Positions 1-9,320 of a stretch of 64,000 bases of DNA are shown piece after piece. Origin of the DNA: a virus. The stretch spans positions 1 to 64,000 of IMG/VR virus record IMGVR_UViG_3300045988_116039. The stretch is one strand, 5' to 3'. Position numbers and translations under genes: made by a program. How positions within the stretch are numbered: position 1 is the first letter of the stretch; every line of letters begins with the position of its first letter. The notes beneath the pieces were generated by a model. It was not told the origin of the DNA. It did not search any database and saw nothing but the letters and a program-made list of their open reading frames with translations.

Positions 1-201
1 TGTGGCTGCATTAATAAAGGACTGTCGTTACGCGACCGCACGTGGGTGTGCCCGGCGTGCGGCGCAGTCAACGACCGTGATGTTCTTGCAGCTCGTAATA
101 TACTTCGGAAGGGCATTTCCGAATTGGAGAGTATGGGTAATTCCGATGGTAGAAATACTAAGGTTCCATACGTTTGTATCCAAGAATCTGTCTCACTTTA
201 G
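1..201 (+). CDS. tnpB: TnpB (IS200/IS605 OrfB family) C-terminal fragment, truncated by the window start
   Basis: Frame 1 reads CGCINKGLSLRDRTWVCPACGAVNDRDVLAARNILRKG...PYVCIQESVSL*. This is a CxxC zinc finger plus the RuvC-III NAARNI motif. It is about 90% nt-identical to the reverse complement of 38946-39146. Confidence 0.8.
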   Translation, partial: CGCINKGLSLRDRTWVCPACGAVNDRDVLAARNILRKGISELESMGNSDGRNTKVPYVCIQESVSL

Positions 202-218
202 GAGATAGAGTATGTCAA
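1..218 (+). mobile_element. Right end of an IS200/IS605-family TnpB-only element (copy 1, partial); putative ωRNA scaffold 3' end
   Basis: Homology with copy 2 (38929-39146) continues past the tnpB stop through CTTTAG-N7-AGTATGTCAA and ends at 218. The two copies differ in a hairpin with compensatory changes (CTGTCTC/GAGATAG here, CCCAT/ATGGG in copy 2). Confidence 0.55.
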
Positions 219-438
219 AAATAGACGAAGAATATCGGACTTGCATTGTTTTTGTATGATTCCAATATGTTATATTAGCATCGTCAAAGAGTAGATTGTA
301 CGTTTTTTTGTTCTTACTTGAAAGATTATGTAGGTTTAATTTTTTCTGAAATTGTTTTCTTACCGGTTCTCAGTCAGAGATGATAGAGAACCGGTTTCTT
401 TTATGTTGTCAATTATTGCTATCTTGCAAACAAAAATC

Positions 439-1056
439 ATGAGACGAAGATTTCAAATAGGGATGGGGGTAAATCCCTCGCTTATGATCAATAAAGGCAT
501 ATACATCCAACATGTAGATGGAGGATTATATACAAAAGAAAATTGGTCTAATAAAGGATATTCCAATGATCTATGCAATGGAATAGCTCTTGTAGATAAA
601 GTGTGTTTTGTTATAGCCACCGAATATATTGGCACATTTCGTTGGGGTAAGGATGGAGAAATAGACAATATATTTGCACAAGATAGTTCTCATATGGGAA
701 CTATTAAAAAGGATTATTGGGGGCGTGAAAATCAGAATGCGTATCTTGAATATGATACCAGTAATACAGATTACGCTTTTAATAAAGCTAATAGCTATTT
801 ATTTAAAAATGGTCAAAATGGATATGTAGGTGGCGCCGGAGAGTTTTTTTTGATATCATTGTATGCTAATGAAATAAACGAATGCCTTTTAATGGTAGGA
901 GGTACGATAATGAGTAATAGAATGTGGACATCCACTCGAAATGAAAAATTTACCTATTCGTGGTATTATGATATAAACATCCAAGGAGATCATTTGGATA
1001 CAGGTTCAAGGGGTAGTTCACATTATGTCCGTCCTTTTACTGAATTAATTTTATGA
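439..1056 (+). CDS. Hypothetical protein with an MRRRF...IG-G N-terminal cassette. The C-terminus weakly resembles the DUF1566/Lcl-type adhesin domain (possible receptor-binding protein).
   Basis: ORF 352-1056; the likely start is the ATG at 439 (MRRRFQIGMGV). The C-terminal ...MWTSTRNEKF..SSHYVRPF resembles the DUF1566 ending (YWSST...VRcVR). Confidence 0.5.
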   Translation: MRRRFQIGMGVNPSLMINKGIYIQHVDGGLYTKENWSNKGYSNDLCNGIALVDKVCFVIATEYIGTFRWGKDGEIDNIFAQDSSHMGTIKKDYWGRENQNAYLEYDTSNTDYAFNKANSYLFKNGQNGYVGGAGEFFLISLYANEINECLLMVGGTIMSNRMWTSTRNEKFTYSWYYDINIQGDHLDTGSRGSSHYVRPFTELIL

Positions 1057-1060
1057 AATT

Positions 1061-1798
1061 ATGAGAAGAAGATATCAAAATAATGCTAAACTATATGAGT
1101 ATAAGATAGTTAGTAACTGTATAGGGGGGGGGTGTTATGTAAACAATGAACTTATCGGAACCGTCCCTGATGGTGGTGAGCTTATATACCAATCTTCTAA
1201 AAAACGGTTGGATACTGTGTATATTCGAGGAGGTATTCCAATGGAAGATAGGCAAGAGATCGATAGTCAGGTTGATACGACAGAGGAATTGCTTGAACAG
1301 GATTCTGTGGTTCTTGCTATTGCTTTAAAAACCTCTCCTTATGATGGATTTATAGTAAGTATAATAGCACCTGATGAGTTTACACTAAGAACAACCAATA
1401 GGATTTATAGAACCTTTTTAATAACAAGCTTCACTCCACCTGCTGCTATATACGGTGTAAACTTTGGTGATCCTATTGTCCTTAATTATGGTAGTGACCA
1501 ATATAAGATGCCAGATCTTGTAATTGATGGACCTCATGATAGGATAGTTAGGGCAGATCCTGATCTTGTTTTGGCTATAGAATGTACAGATGCCGACTTT
1601 ACACCTTTGCCATATCCAGAATCATGGTCTGGCCGAGGTTTAAATTCTATGTTCTTCCCAGAAATAAAGCGTCTTGCTCCTGGTGATCATCATGTATCAT
1701 ATACAGCTTATATTTATTTGGACTTGATAGATGATGGCGGAAGTAAAGTTCATACTGAATATCTGATATTAGAAAAAACATTTAATTTTACGATATGA
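1061..1798 (+). CDS. Hypothetical protein with an MRRRY leader and an in-frame G9 tract encoding GGG
   Basis: ORF of 245 aa. The start context AATTATGAGAAGAAGAT is identical to that of the minus-strand gene at 37598. ATA-GGGGGGGGG-TGT lies at codons 21-24. Confidence 0.6.
   Translation: MRRRYQNNAKLYEYKIVSNCIGGGCYVNNELIGTVPDGGELIYQSSKKRLDTVYIRGGIPMEDRQEIDSQVDTTEELLEQDSVVLAIALKTSPYDGFIVSIIAPDEFTLRTTNRIYRTFLITSFTPPAAIYGVNFGDPIVLNYGSDQYKMPDLVIDGPHDRIVRADPDLVLAIECTDADFTPLPYPESWSGRGLNSMFFPEIKRLAPGDHHVSYTAYIYLDLIDDGGSKVHTEYLILEKTFNFTI
1124..1132 (+). repeat. Homopolymeric G9 tract inside the CDS 1061-1798 (in frame, 'ON')
   Basis: Direct read: ataGGGGGGGGGtgt. Confidence 0.9.
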
Positions 1799-1887
1799 CA
1801 ACAATCCCCAACCGTACGCCTATTGTATGGTTGGGGATTGTTGTAGTTACCATCTTTTCTTGTATAAGCAGAACATGAAATAAGTTT

Positions 1888-2370
1888 CTAAGCATTAACT
1901 TCATGACCTGCCCTATCTGTGAAAACTAAACCAACACCTTCTATAATATGTCCTATTACAGAAGCTTTGTCAAATTCCTCTTTCGTAGCCCAAGTAGCAT
2001 TATCAGGCATCAGTTCCTTAAAGACTTTTGGAACATAGCCCTGACACCAGGTATTATTAGATACAACAATACCCTTTCCCTCGATGTTAATATACATCTT
2101 TCTCCCTCCGCATCCAAGAGCATTCCATCCACCTGGTACGATCGCTGCCATAGGTTTGATAATCCAGCTTACGCCATCGATTCTAACCCATCCTGGATTG
2201 TCTTTGTGTACGTTGTATATATTCTGCCAGCAGGCGCACTGAAAGCACCACCCACGTTCTTCCATAATGGTCCTAATGTCCCCTTCTATGAAATCCGAGG
2301 TATTCATTGAATGTGTAGAGTTGGGATTGTGCTTGGCACCACACTTAGGACATACGATTTTTAAATTCAT
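1888..2370 (-). CDS. Hypothetical Cys-rich protein
   Basis: ORF of 160 aa. It begins MNLKIVCPKCGAKH (zinc-ribbon-like N-terminus) and sits in the minus-strand gene chain. Confidence 0.5.
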   Translation of the reverse strand: MNLKIVCPKCGAKHNPNSTHSMNTSDFIEGDIRTIMEERGWCFQCACWQNIYNVHKDNPGWVRIDGVSWIIKPMAAIVPGGWNALGCGGRKMYINIEGKGIVVSNNTWCQGYVPKVFKELMPDNATWATKEEFDKASVIGHIIEGVGLVFTDRAGHEVNA

Positions 2371-3089
2371 GATACTTCCTCCTTGTTTTTAGATTCTGCC
2401 TCTTCAAGTATGCTGATCACCTTATCAACAATATACGAATCTGACATTTTCTCAATAAAAACATCCATTGCCTTAGTTATGTCATTGGCTTCTTTTTCTT
2501 CAAGAGCTATTTCTCCACCGGTAATAGCATCAGATAATGATGTAGATAAGTGTCTTATTTTATCAATGCTCATAAACGTAAATGGATTACCACCCCAGCC
2601 ACCACCCATTTCTTTCATGATCTGATATCCACCTGAAATAAGTCTGCCTGATGTCATGGCCAAGGAGGATACGATTAGGGACAGTACCGCCGCTTCCGTC
2701 CGCTCCTCGGACACGCCCTTCGACCACACGGCTGCCCTTATAGCGCCGGCCAGGTCGTCTATGTATGGCATGAGACAATCTTCCATCGCTTGTGTTATAT
2801 CAGCAATAACCTCACTACGTTCTTTGTTTATGTAATATATAGAGGCATTGTATCTTTTTATCTCTTTGTCCATCTCATTTAAAAGACGCTTGATATTGTG
2901 CTTATACATAGGACTGGTTTTAATTACCTCCTTTAGCTTAAGAATGTAATTATAAGCCTGGTCGTTTACAAATAATGTCATGGTCTCAACCGTCGAATGA
3001 AGCGTGTTAAGACTGTTAAGAATCTTATCGAAATTGTTTATCAAATAAGCTCTTCTGGTTTTTGCCGCGTAATTAATCATCGCATTCAA
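2367..3089 (-). CDS. Hypothetical protein
   Basis: ORF of 240 aa with a 4-nt overlap onto the downstream gene. Confidence 0.55.
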   Translation of the reverse strand: MNAMINYAAKTRRAYLINNFDKILNSLNTLHSTVETMTLFVNDQAYNYILKLKEVIKTSPMYKHNIKRLLNEMDKEIKRYNASIYYINKERSEVIADITQAMEDCLMPYIDDLAGAIRAAVWSKGVSEERTEAAVLSLIVSSLAMTSGRLISGGYQIMKEMGGGWGGNPFTFMSIDKIRHLSTSLSDAITGGEIALEEKEANDITKAMDVFIEKMSDSYIVDKVISILEEAESKNKEEVS

Positions 3090-3603
3090 ATTTTAGATTT
3101 TCAAGTTTATTCAATTGTTTCTTAATAGATTCGATCAGGTGCGCTCTCCGTTCCTCTGCATGTTTTAGAGCTTCTTCTTTGCTCTCAAAAGCATCCCTTC
3201 CTATTTCATAAGGAGCGAACCTATCGGGGATGTCGGCTAACAAAAGACCGCCATACTCTTCTATTTTAGCTTTTACTTTTCTTATTATACCGTCTCTCAG
3301 GCACGCATCCGTAACCCATATAAATCTATCACATTCTTCTAATTCCCTTTCGTACAATTCATACCATTCCGGCTTAGGAAATCTTAATGTGAATCTAATT
3401 TCGGTATCTTTCTCTAAGACATTAATATCATACGCCTCCGGCCACAGTTCTTTTATACTGTCTTCGTCTTCAGCATACGCTACCAATACAAATGAATTAC
3501 TGGATTCTGCACTACACCAATATGGATATTTTATGGGCCATTTAACTGGACGGTAATCATTGTCACAGTCATCCTTTCTAATGTAAAATCTTGCTCTGAT
3601 CAT
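3073..3603 (-). CDS. Hypothetical protein
   Basis: ORF of 176 aa in the minus-strand chain. Confidence 0.55.
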   Translation of the reverse strand: MIRARFYIRKDDCDNDYRPVKWPIKYPYWCSAESSNSFVLVAYAEDEDSIKELWPEAYDINVLEKDTEIRFTLRFPKPEWYELYERELEECDRFIWVTDACLRDGIIRKVKAKIEEYGGLLLADIPDRFAPYEIGRDAFESKEEALKHAEERRAHLIESIKKQLNKLENLKFECDD

Positions 3604-3604
3604 A

Positions 3605-3913
3605 TTATTTTACTTTTTTGATTCCACTTAAATCGTCTTCATACACCAAATAAGATCCTCTTCCAGGTCTTCCTTCTTTATTAACTTCCTGGATTGTAAA
3701 TATGACTGTTCCAGCACTCATGATTTGAACGCTCTTGAAGAAACCAACAAGAGGCTCTTTCGAACGTTTGTAAAGAACGTTCACTTTATCTCCCTTCTTG
3801 AATCCATAAACAGAATCGAAATATTCCTTTTTAATTCTTTCAATATTACTTCTATGTTTGTTCATTGCATCAAGCTCTGTGTCTAACTGTTGAATCATTT
3901 GTTCTTTTGTCAT
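3605..3913 (-). CDS. Hypothetical protein
   Basis: ORF of 102 aa. Confidence 0.5.
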   Translation of the reverse strand: MTKEQMIQQLDTELDAMNKHRSNIERIKKEYFDSVYGFKKGDKVNVLYKRSKEPLVGFFKSVQIMSAGTVIFTIQEVNKEGRPGRGSYLVYEDDLSGIKKVK

Positions 3914-4467
3914 TTCTTTTCCTCCTTATTTAATGGTATTAATCCTTTCCCGTGCTTATCATACCACAGCATAGCTATACAATTCCATGCACATTGTGCA
4001 AGATGAAAAGCTCCTGTATCTGAGTCTATTCTTTCTCCTTTCATGTATTCCATCATATGTCGAAACATTGCAGCGCGATACCGTTCAAACCCATTGTCAA
4101 GGTTCTGCCAATTGTTAGGTCCGTACTTTTTGGCGCCAGCATGATAGACTTTTACAATGTCTTCAATCTCTTCCATAGGAAGCAAATCCCATCGTAGTTT
4201 GTCGTCTATGATGTCATTTTTCACCGATTTGTTTTCTATGGATACTTTGACAGGAATAATACCCATAATGTCCGTTCCTACGATAAACGTCTCTCCATTG
4301 CAACAAACCTCCGCATATTCATCATCTACCTCTATGTCTGATACTGCCTCCACTATAGCTCCTCTGGCTATTTCTAATTCGGAACTGATTACATCACTTT
4401 CCAACATGCGAAAAATAGATCCTTTTGGATAAAGGATGTTTTTAGTATTATTGTCCATCTTTTCCAT
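3910..4467 (-). CDS. Putative phage dATP/dGTP pyrophosphohydrolase-domain protein (nucleotide pyrophosphohydrolase-like)
   Basis: Motifs AGAKKYGPNNW...ERYRAAMFRHMMEY...AFHLAQCAWNCIAM resemble the phage dNTP diphosphohydrolase N-terminal domain (KYG..NW / RH signature). This is recalled from memory, not searched. Confidence 0.45.
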   Translation of the reverse strand: MEKMDNNTKNILYPKGSIFRMLESDVISSELEIARGAIVEAVSDIEVDDEYAEVCCNGETFIVGTDIMGIIPVKVSIENKSVKNDIIDDKLRWDLLPMEEIEDIVKVYHAGAKKYGPNNWQNLDNGFERYRAAMFRHMMEYMKGERIDSDTGAFHLAQCAWNCIAMLWYDKHGKGLIPLNKEEKK

Positions 4468-4511
4468 TGTTTTATCGTTGTTTTAATCGCTTGATATAAT
4501 AATATAATCCA

Positions 4512-4850
4512 TCATTCTCCTGTAAAGCGGTCAAATTCTTCTCCGCTCATGACAATGCGGTTAATGATAATTATGCCGTTATCGCTATAATCATCATCTT
4601 TAATTCCCATATCATCAAGCTCTTTCTTTAAGTCTTCAAATGTGGGACCTTTCTTGTCTTTAGAAAATAAAGTAGCATGTACAACCTTTCCGTTGTTTAG
4701 TTTTACTCTCACGGTATAGAGATATCCTTTTTCTTCTTCATCCTTTTTATTGATACCATCAAGGATGCTATTTATCATATCCTTGTTCTCACGTGATAGG
4801 TTGGGTATAGCTATTCTGACCTTGAATCTAAATACTTCGTTTTCGTTCAT
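4512..4850 (-). CDS. Hypothetical protein
   Basis: ORF of 112 aa. Confidence 0.5.
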   Translation of the reverse strand: MNENEVFRFKVRIAIPNLSRENKDMINSILDGINKKDEEEKGYLYTVRVKLNNGKVVHATLFSKDKKGPTFEDLKKELDDMGIKDDDYSDNGIIIINRIVMSGEEFDRFTGE

Positions 4851-5134
4851 GACTTTCTGTTTTTATTGTTTTCAAAATATTGTCTTACGGCTTCTATGGC
4901 TTTATCATCATCAAAAACTTCTTCAAACTCCGTGTAGAACCTATCTCGCTCCATGCAGAATGTGTTTTTCCCTTCCGGTATAGGACGGAACACAACCATC
5001 CTCTCTTTGTCGTGATTGGTTCCTATTATGTTATTATCTAAGATAATAGAATACCTTCTTGAACTTTTGTTGATAACAACATCATGTTGAAGACCATACA
5101 ATTTAAGTATTTCCCTTAATTCATTTGTTTTCAT
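4847..5134 (-). CDS. Hypothetical protein
   Basis: ORF of 95 aa with a 4-nt overlap. Confidence 0.5.
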   Translation of the reverse strand: MKTNELREILKLYGLQHDVVINKSSRRYSIILDNNIIGTNHDKERMVVFRPIPEGKNTFCMERDRFYTEFEEVFDDDKAIEAVRQYFENNKNRKS

Positions 5135-5491
5135 TTATATTACTCCTTCCAAATTTACTTTAATAGAACCATTTATGGTTTTAATGCTCCCATCTATGGT
5201 TGAAATCACATCATCTATATCATTTATAATACTTTCCATGTCATCAACCACCTCCTCCATATCAGTTACAGCCTGATCTGATTCCCAATATCTTTCTGAG
5301 TCTTGTAACGATTCCGGTATATTATCTCTCGCCTCAGTCTCTTCGTCTAAAATCATATCAACATCATCTTTGGCTGAATTTATGTTGCACTTCAACTCCG
5401 ATAACTTTGATTTGATGTATTCAAAATCTGTTTTATACTTATTTACGTTGTTAATAACATCCGATATTTTTTTTCTTCTCTTGTTGTTCAT
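5135..5491 (-). CDS. Hypothetical acidic protein
   Basis: ORF of 118 aa. Confidence 0.5.
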   Translation of the reverse strand: MNNKRRKKISDVINNVNKYKTDFEYIKSKLSELKCNINSAKDDVDMILDEETEARDNIPESLQDSERYWESDQAVTDMEEVVDDMESIINDIDDVISTIDGSIKTINGSIKVNLEGVI

Positions 5492-6909
5492 GCTTTTATC
5501 CTATTATAATATTCTATAACCTTTTCTTTTCTATCTCCTGGTTTTACTGCCATATTCTCAGCCAAGAACCTAAAATACGACACCGGTATGTCCTTGAATC
5601 TAATTCCTTCATATTTTCCAAACCACATTATTATACTATCAAGATCGTCTTCTCTCCTACCATCTCCATTCACAGATTTAAGCGAGGCTGCCCGACGAAG
5701 GATCTCGTCTTTGGTAATAATATCACCCATCCTTATATTAGACAGAAGTTGATCGCCAGCAAACATACACCAGCCCTTAGAAGGGAATTGCTCGATTGTC
5801 AGGTCTTCTATCCGACCAAAGCGTCTCATGTTGTCGCAGCAATCAACTATCAGCGCCTCTTTCTTGTCAGGATGGATGCGGACGGCGCGGCCTAATATTT
5901 GGTAATAAGTTGAATATGAGAAAGTTGGTCGACCAAACATCACACAATCAAGTTCAGGAAAATCAAATCCGGTAGCAAGCGTTGAATAATTAAAAACCAC
6001 CTTCAACTTACCTTCTTTGAAATCGGATATGATTTGCTCTCTTTTCTTTTTGGTTGTTAGCGATGTTACGACACCGGTTATGGCTCCCATCCTGGCATTC
6101 ATGAACTCTGATATTCTATTACATGATTCGATAGAATCCATGCAAACCAAAATGGCTTTACGCTCGTTCATAAGTTGAAGAAGGCGCTTGTAGATAGAGT
6201 TGTTTAAGCCGTTTCGTACAATACTTTCTTTAATAGATTCGTTGGTGTATTCGGCTCCGGTACTGTTTAACATCAGAGCCGATTCATCAAACGACCATCG
6301 TTCGTACTTAAGTGGACACCAAAACCCTTGAGAAGTTAGTTCTTGTATTTGAGTCACATGAACTATTTTCTTGAAGAAGTTATGCTCGTCTTTCGTCAGC
6401 ATATTGAGCTTGCTATAGTTCCCTTCCAGCATGGAACTGTAGGTTCGGAGGCGGCAGGGAGTGGCGGTGAAGCCCAGTACCTTCGCCTCTGGGAACCTGT
6501 TCATAAACTCCATAAATTCAGAACCTTCTTCAGGAGAATATCCTGAATGACATTCGTCTATCAATAAGGTATCTATCCCTATATCCTTCAACCTCGCTAC
6601 ATCTTTCTTTATGCTCTTTAATGTTGCATAAGTCATAGCCGACAGCTCCTTTATACCACATGAAGCAGAATATATAGTAGGTTTAGAACCGAATGATACG
6701 GCCTTTGCATAATTCTGCTCCAGAATCTCTTTTGAGGGCTGTAATACTAATGTCGGTCTATTTATTTCATGTGCTATCTTGGATATCAGAAGGCTCTTTC
6801 CACATCCGCATGGGGCTACGATTATGCCAGGCTTCTTAGATCTTCCTGTAAGAAACTTAAGCCCGGCATCTACTGCTTCTTTTTGGTAAGGTCTAAGTTC
6901 AAAGCCCAT
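5488..6909 (-). CDS. Superfamily-2 DNA/RNA helicase (DEAD/DEAH-like)
   Basis: Walker A APCGCGKS, Walker B LLIDECH, motif III GFTATP, motif VI QILGRAVR. Confidence 0.8.
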   Translation of the reverse strand: MGFELRPYQKEAVDAGLKFLTGRSKKPGIIVAPCGCGKSLLISKIAHEINRPTLVLQPSKEILEQNYAKAVSFGSKPTIYSASCGIKELSAMTYATLKSIKKDVARLKDIGIDTLLIDECHSGYSPEEGSEFMEFMNRFPEAKVLGFTATPCRLRTYSSMLEGNYSKLNMLTKDEHNFFKKIVHVTQIQELTSQGFWCPLKYERWSFDESALMLNSTGAEYTNESIKESIVRNGLNNSIYKRLLQLMNERKAILVCMDSIESCNRISEFMNARMGAITGVVTSLTTKKKREQIISDFKEGKLKVVFNYSTLATGFDFPELDCVMFGRPTFSYSTYYQILGRAVRIHPDKKEALIVDCCDNMRRFGRIEDLTIEQFPSKGWCMFAGDQLLSNIRMGDIITKDEILRRAASLKSVNGDGRREDDLDSIIMWFGKYEGIRFKDIPVSYFRFLAENMAVKPGDRKEKVIEYYNRIKA

Positions 6910-7285
6910 CGCAATCTATTATATTATTTTTTGAAAGTTCTATTATCGCCTCTTTCAACATCTCCCTTGCTTTATTCTCATTATCTTCAAACAGGCATAC
7001 ACTGCATGTAGCACCTTTGGAGGGGTAGTCTCTGTAGGCTTCTGCTCTTTCTACAACGTACTCACAACAATAGTCGTGACTCATGTCTTTTGCTATACTT
7101 ATAAAATGATCTTCTCCATCCATCAACACGCAATATTCAGCATCGTTTTCGCATGCAATAACACCTTTGTTTTTTAAAATGGATAGCACTTTATTTCCAA
7201 AAAGTCCAATATAGACCCATATATCTTTCCCTGCATTTTTGTAAAAAATATCCATTCCTTCTTTGATTGTGACTTTCTTTTCCAT
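6899..7285 (-). CDS. Hypothetical protein
   Basis: ORF of 128 aa. Confidence 0.5.
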   Translation of the reverse strand: MEKKVTIKEGMDIFYKNAGKDIWVYIGLFGNKVLSILKNKGVIACENDAEYCVLMDGEDHFISIAKDMSHDYCCEYVVERAEAYRDYPSKGATCSVCLFEDNENKAREMLKEAIIELSKNNIIDCDGL

Positions 7286-7291
7286 AATCCC

Positions 7292-7642
7292 TTATTTTAT
7301 ATCAGTAATTAAAACATATATTTTAGCAATATCTTCAAGACTCACAGAAGAACGTATATATAGTTTTTCTTCGTACTCATATAGAGCGTACCCTTCTTTT
7401 ATGTCTAATATCTTAATCACATGCTTGCCTCTTTCAAATGGATCCTCAAAGTAGCTCTTATGTTCGTATCTTTGACCTACTTTGATTTTGTCAGTTTTCT
7501 TCTTCATCTTATAACGCTCTACTGCTCTACCTGTTTTTATGAAAGCTGTCGTGAGTAAGTATAATAAAACTAAATACAAAAGGATCGCTACTCCACATAT
7601 TAGATCTTCTTTCATTACACTCCTTTTAAATAGTTGAACCAT
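7292..7642 (-). CDS. Hypothetical membrane protein
   Basis: ORF of 116 aa with an N-terminal hydrophobic helix (ICGVAILLYLVLLYLL). Confidence 0.5.
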   Translation of the reverse strand: MVQLFKRSVMKEDLICGVAILLYLVLLYLLTTAFIKTGRAVERYKMKKKTDKIKVGQRYEHKSYFEDPFERGKHVIKILDIKEGYALYEYEEKLYIRSSVSLEDIAKIYVLITDIK

Positions 7643-7785
7643 ATATCCTCCAGCTTCTCCTGAAGCTCAAACGCTTTCTTGAAATTCCCGCATCTTACAG
7701 CAACGTCTCTCATGTATTCTACGTTTATAACTTCCGGATCTTGCCGGTATTTCGTTCTTAACTTTTGAACATCCTCGTATTTCAT
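7615..7785 (-). CDS. Small hypothetical protein (56 aa), not in the ORF track
   Basis: ATG at 7785 overlaps the TGA stop of gene 7782-8801 as ATGA. It encodes MKYEDVQKLRTKYRQDPEVINVEYMRDV... Confidence 0.3.
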   Translation of the reverse strand: MKYEDVQKLRTKYRQDPEVINVEYMRDVAVRCGNFKKAFELQEKLEDIWFNYLKGV

Positions 7786-8801
7786 CGTTTTATCTTTTTA
7801 GACGGATCCCAATCTGAAGAGAAAGGGCATTCGTTTTTGTTATGTAATCCAAAGTCACAATAATAACACAGTGCTGACGGGCAGGGTAGCTTGTTTTGCG
7901 AAACAGGCTGGCTTAGGGTGGCACGCCGCTTGCTATATCTGGCTCCTTCTGCTCCCTGGATGTACGCTTGAAATGATTTTACACTATTATCTTCAAAATC
8001 ATACATTTTAGATAAAGTGTCATTTAGCATTTCTATAGATTTTGTTTTACGCTCTTCATCCACCTTAACCTTTTGGTACTGTCTGGTCCTGGTAAAGAAA
8101 TAGATGTTCATATCTGGCAGAACTCCACCATATTTTCTATAGATGTAAAACGAATATATAGGATGCTGTAAATTCGTTTCCAACTTCTTAGAATCAAAAA
8201 CCTTATTCCCTGATTTCCAATCTATGACATAATGGTGAATTACGTTCTTGCTCTTTATAGCCAGATGAAGGTCTACTGATCCTACTATGTACACATGGGT
8301 ATGAATTACCCCATTTATGTCAACTGGCTTAGGAAGGCGGTACGGCAGCACAAAATCTTCTTCGACTCCAACTATAGCGCCGTGTCTGATAAGTTTCTCA
8401 CAAGGATTAAGATCACTATCAGCTATCATAAACCTATTGCCGTCTTTTTTAAACAGATCCACAATCCAAGCAAGAAGTTCCCCAGATTGTTTCATGGCTA
8501 TCATCATATTTTCCGGTGATTGCCAAGGTATGTCTTCTTGGTAAGCATAGTAACTTATTGCTTCTCCAAGGTCTTTGCCAGAAGGCTGCCTTCCGTTCTT
8601 GAAGAAGTATTCCAGTGTCTTATGAATAACCGTACCATAAGACGTAGCTTCTTGTTTTTCTGTAGACCTTTTGCCCTCTACGTAAGTCTTATACCATTTC
8701 ATTGGACAAGTAAGAAACGTATCTATCTGGGAATAAGAAATGGCAAGACGTTTCACACCATTAAACTCCTTATATAGCAAATGCGTTTCTGGGACCATCA
8801 T
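7782..8801 (-). CDS. Cas4/RecB-family PD-(D/E)xK exonuclease with a C-terminal Cys cluster
   Basis: N-terminal SYSQIDTFLTCPMKWY, a VIDWKSG (DYKTG-like) motif, and C-terminal CPSALCYYCDF...NECPF giving a 4-Cys Fe-S-like arrangement. Confidence 0.7.
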   Translation of the reverse strand: MMVPETHLLYKEFNGVKRLAISYSQIDTFLTCPMKWYKTYVEGKRSTEKQEATSYGTVIHKTLEYFFKNGRQPSGKDLGEAISYYAYQEDIPWQSPENMMIAMKQSGELLAWIVDLFKKDGNRFMIADSDLNPCEKLIRHGAIVGVEEDFVLPYRLPKPVDINGVIHTHVYIVGSVDLHLAIKSKNVIHHYVIDWKSGNKVFDSKKLETNLQHPIYSFYIYRKYGGVLPDMNIYFFTRTRQYQKVKVDEERKTKSIEMLNDTLSKMYDFEDNSVKSFQAYIQGAEGARYSKRRATLSQPVSQNKLPCPSALCYYCDFGLHNKNECPFSSDWDPSKKIKR

Positions 8802-9157
8802 AAGTCATTGTCTTTAAATCCTTCCGGGTAATATATGACATACTTCTTACCGTCTTCTGGTGTCATGGCAAACTGCATGTAGTTATTACGATTACGATGT
8901 TTGCCATCTAATCCTCGCTTCCAATACAGTATCCCGTCTATATCCACATAAGATCGGCCCCGGTCGGCTCTAACTACGTCCGTGTGTAGTAGATACCCGT
9001 CGGAAGACACGATCCACACTTTATCACCTTTGCTTAAATAAGATATTCTTTTTCTTACAACAACCTTTTTCTTATTATCCAATACAAATTCCTCATCAGT
9101 CATACTCTTCATCCTCCTCTTCTTCTGTTTCAAAATCAATTCCATAACACTGATCAT
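8798..9157 (-). CDS. Hypothetical protein
   Basis: ORF of 119 aa. Confidence 0.5.
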   Translation of the reverse strand: MISVMELILKQKKRRMKSMTDEEFVLDNKKKVVVRKRISYLSKGDKVWIVSSDGYLLHTDVVRADRGRSYVDIDGILYWKRGLDGKHRNRNNYMQFAMTPEDGKKYVIYYPEGFKDNDL

Positions 9158-9320
9158 AATGCTTGGTCAGTTCTTCTGGTTCTAAATCTTGTCCAAAATC
9201 CATGTTAAAAATATCGTAATTAGTAAAGCACTTAAAATCACTGTTCCCGCAGGCAGGAAATCTATGAATGCTGCTTTTATTTCTTCAATTAGGCCCAAGT
9301 GTAACCTTGGGCCATTGTAT

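Noticed and set aside
2-208. ORF of 68 aa at the window start (and the mirror ORF 38837-39070)
   Set aside because: Alternate frame of the TnpB C-terminus. Frame 1 gives the conserved zinc finger and NAARNI motif, so these are shadow ORFs.
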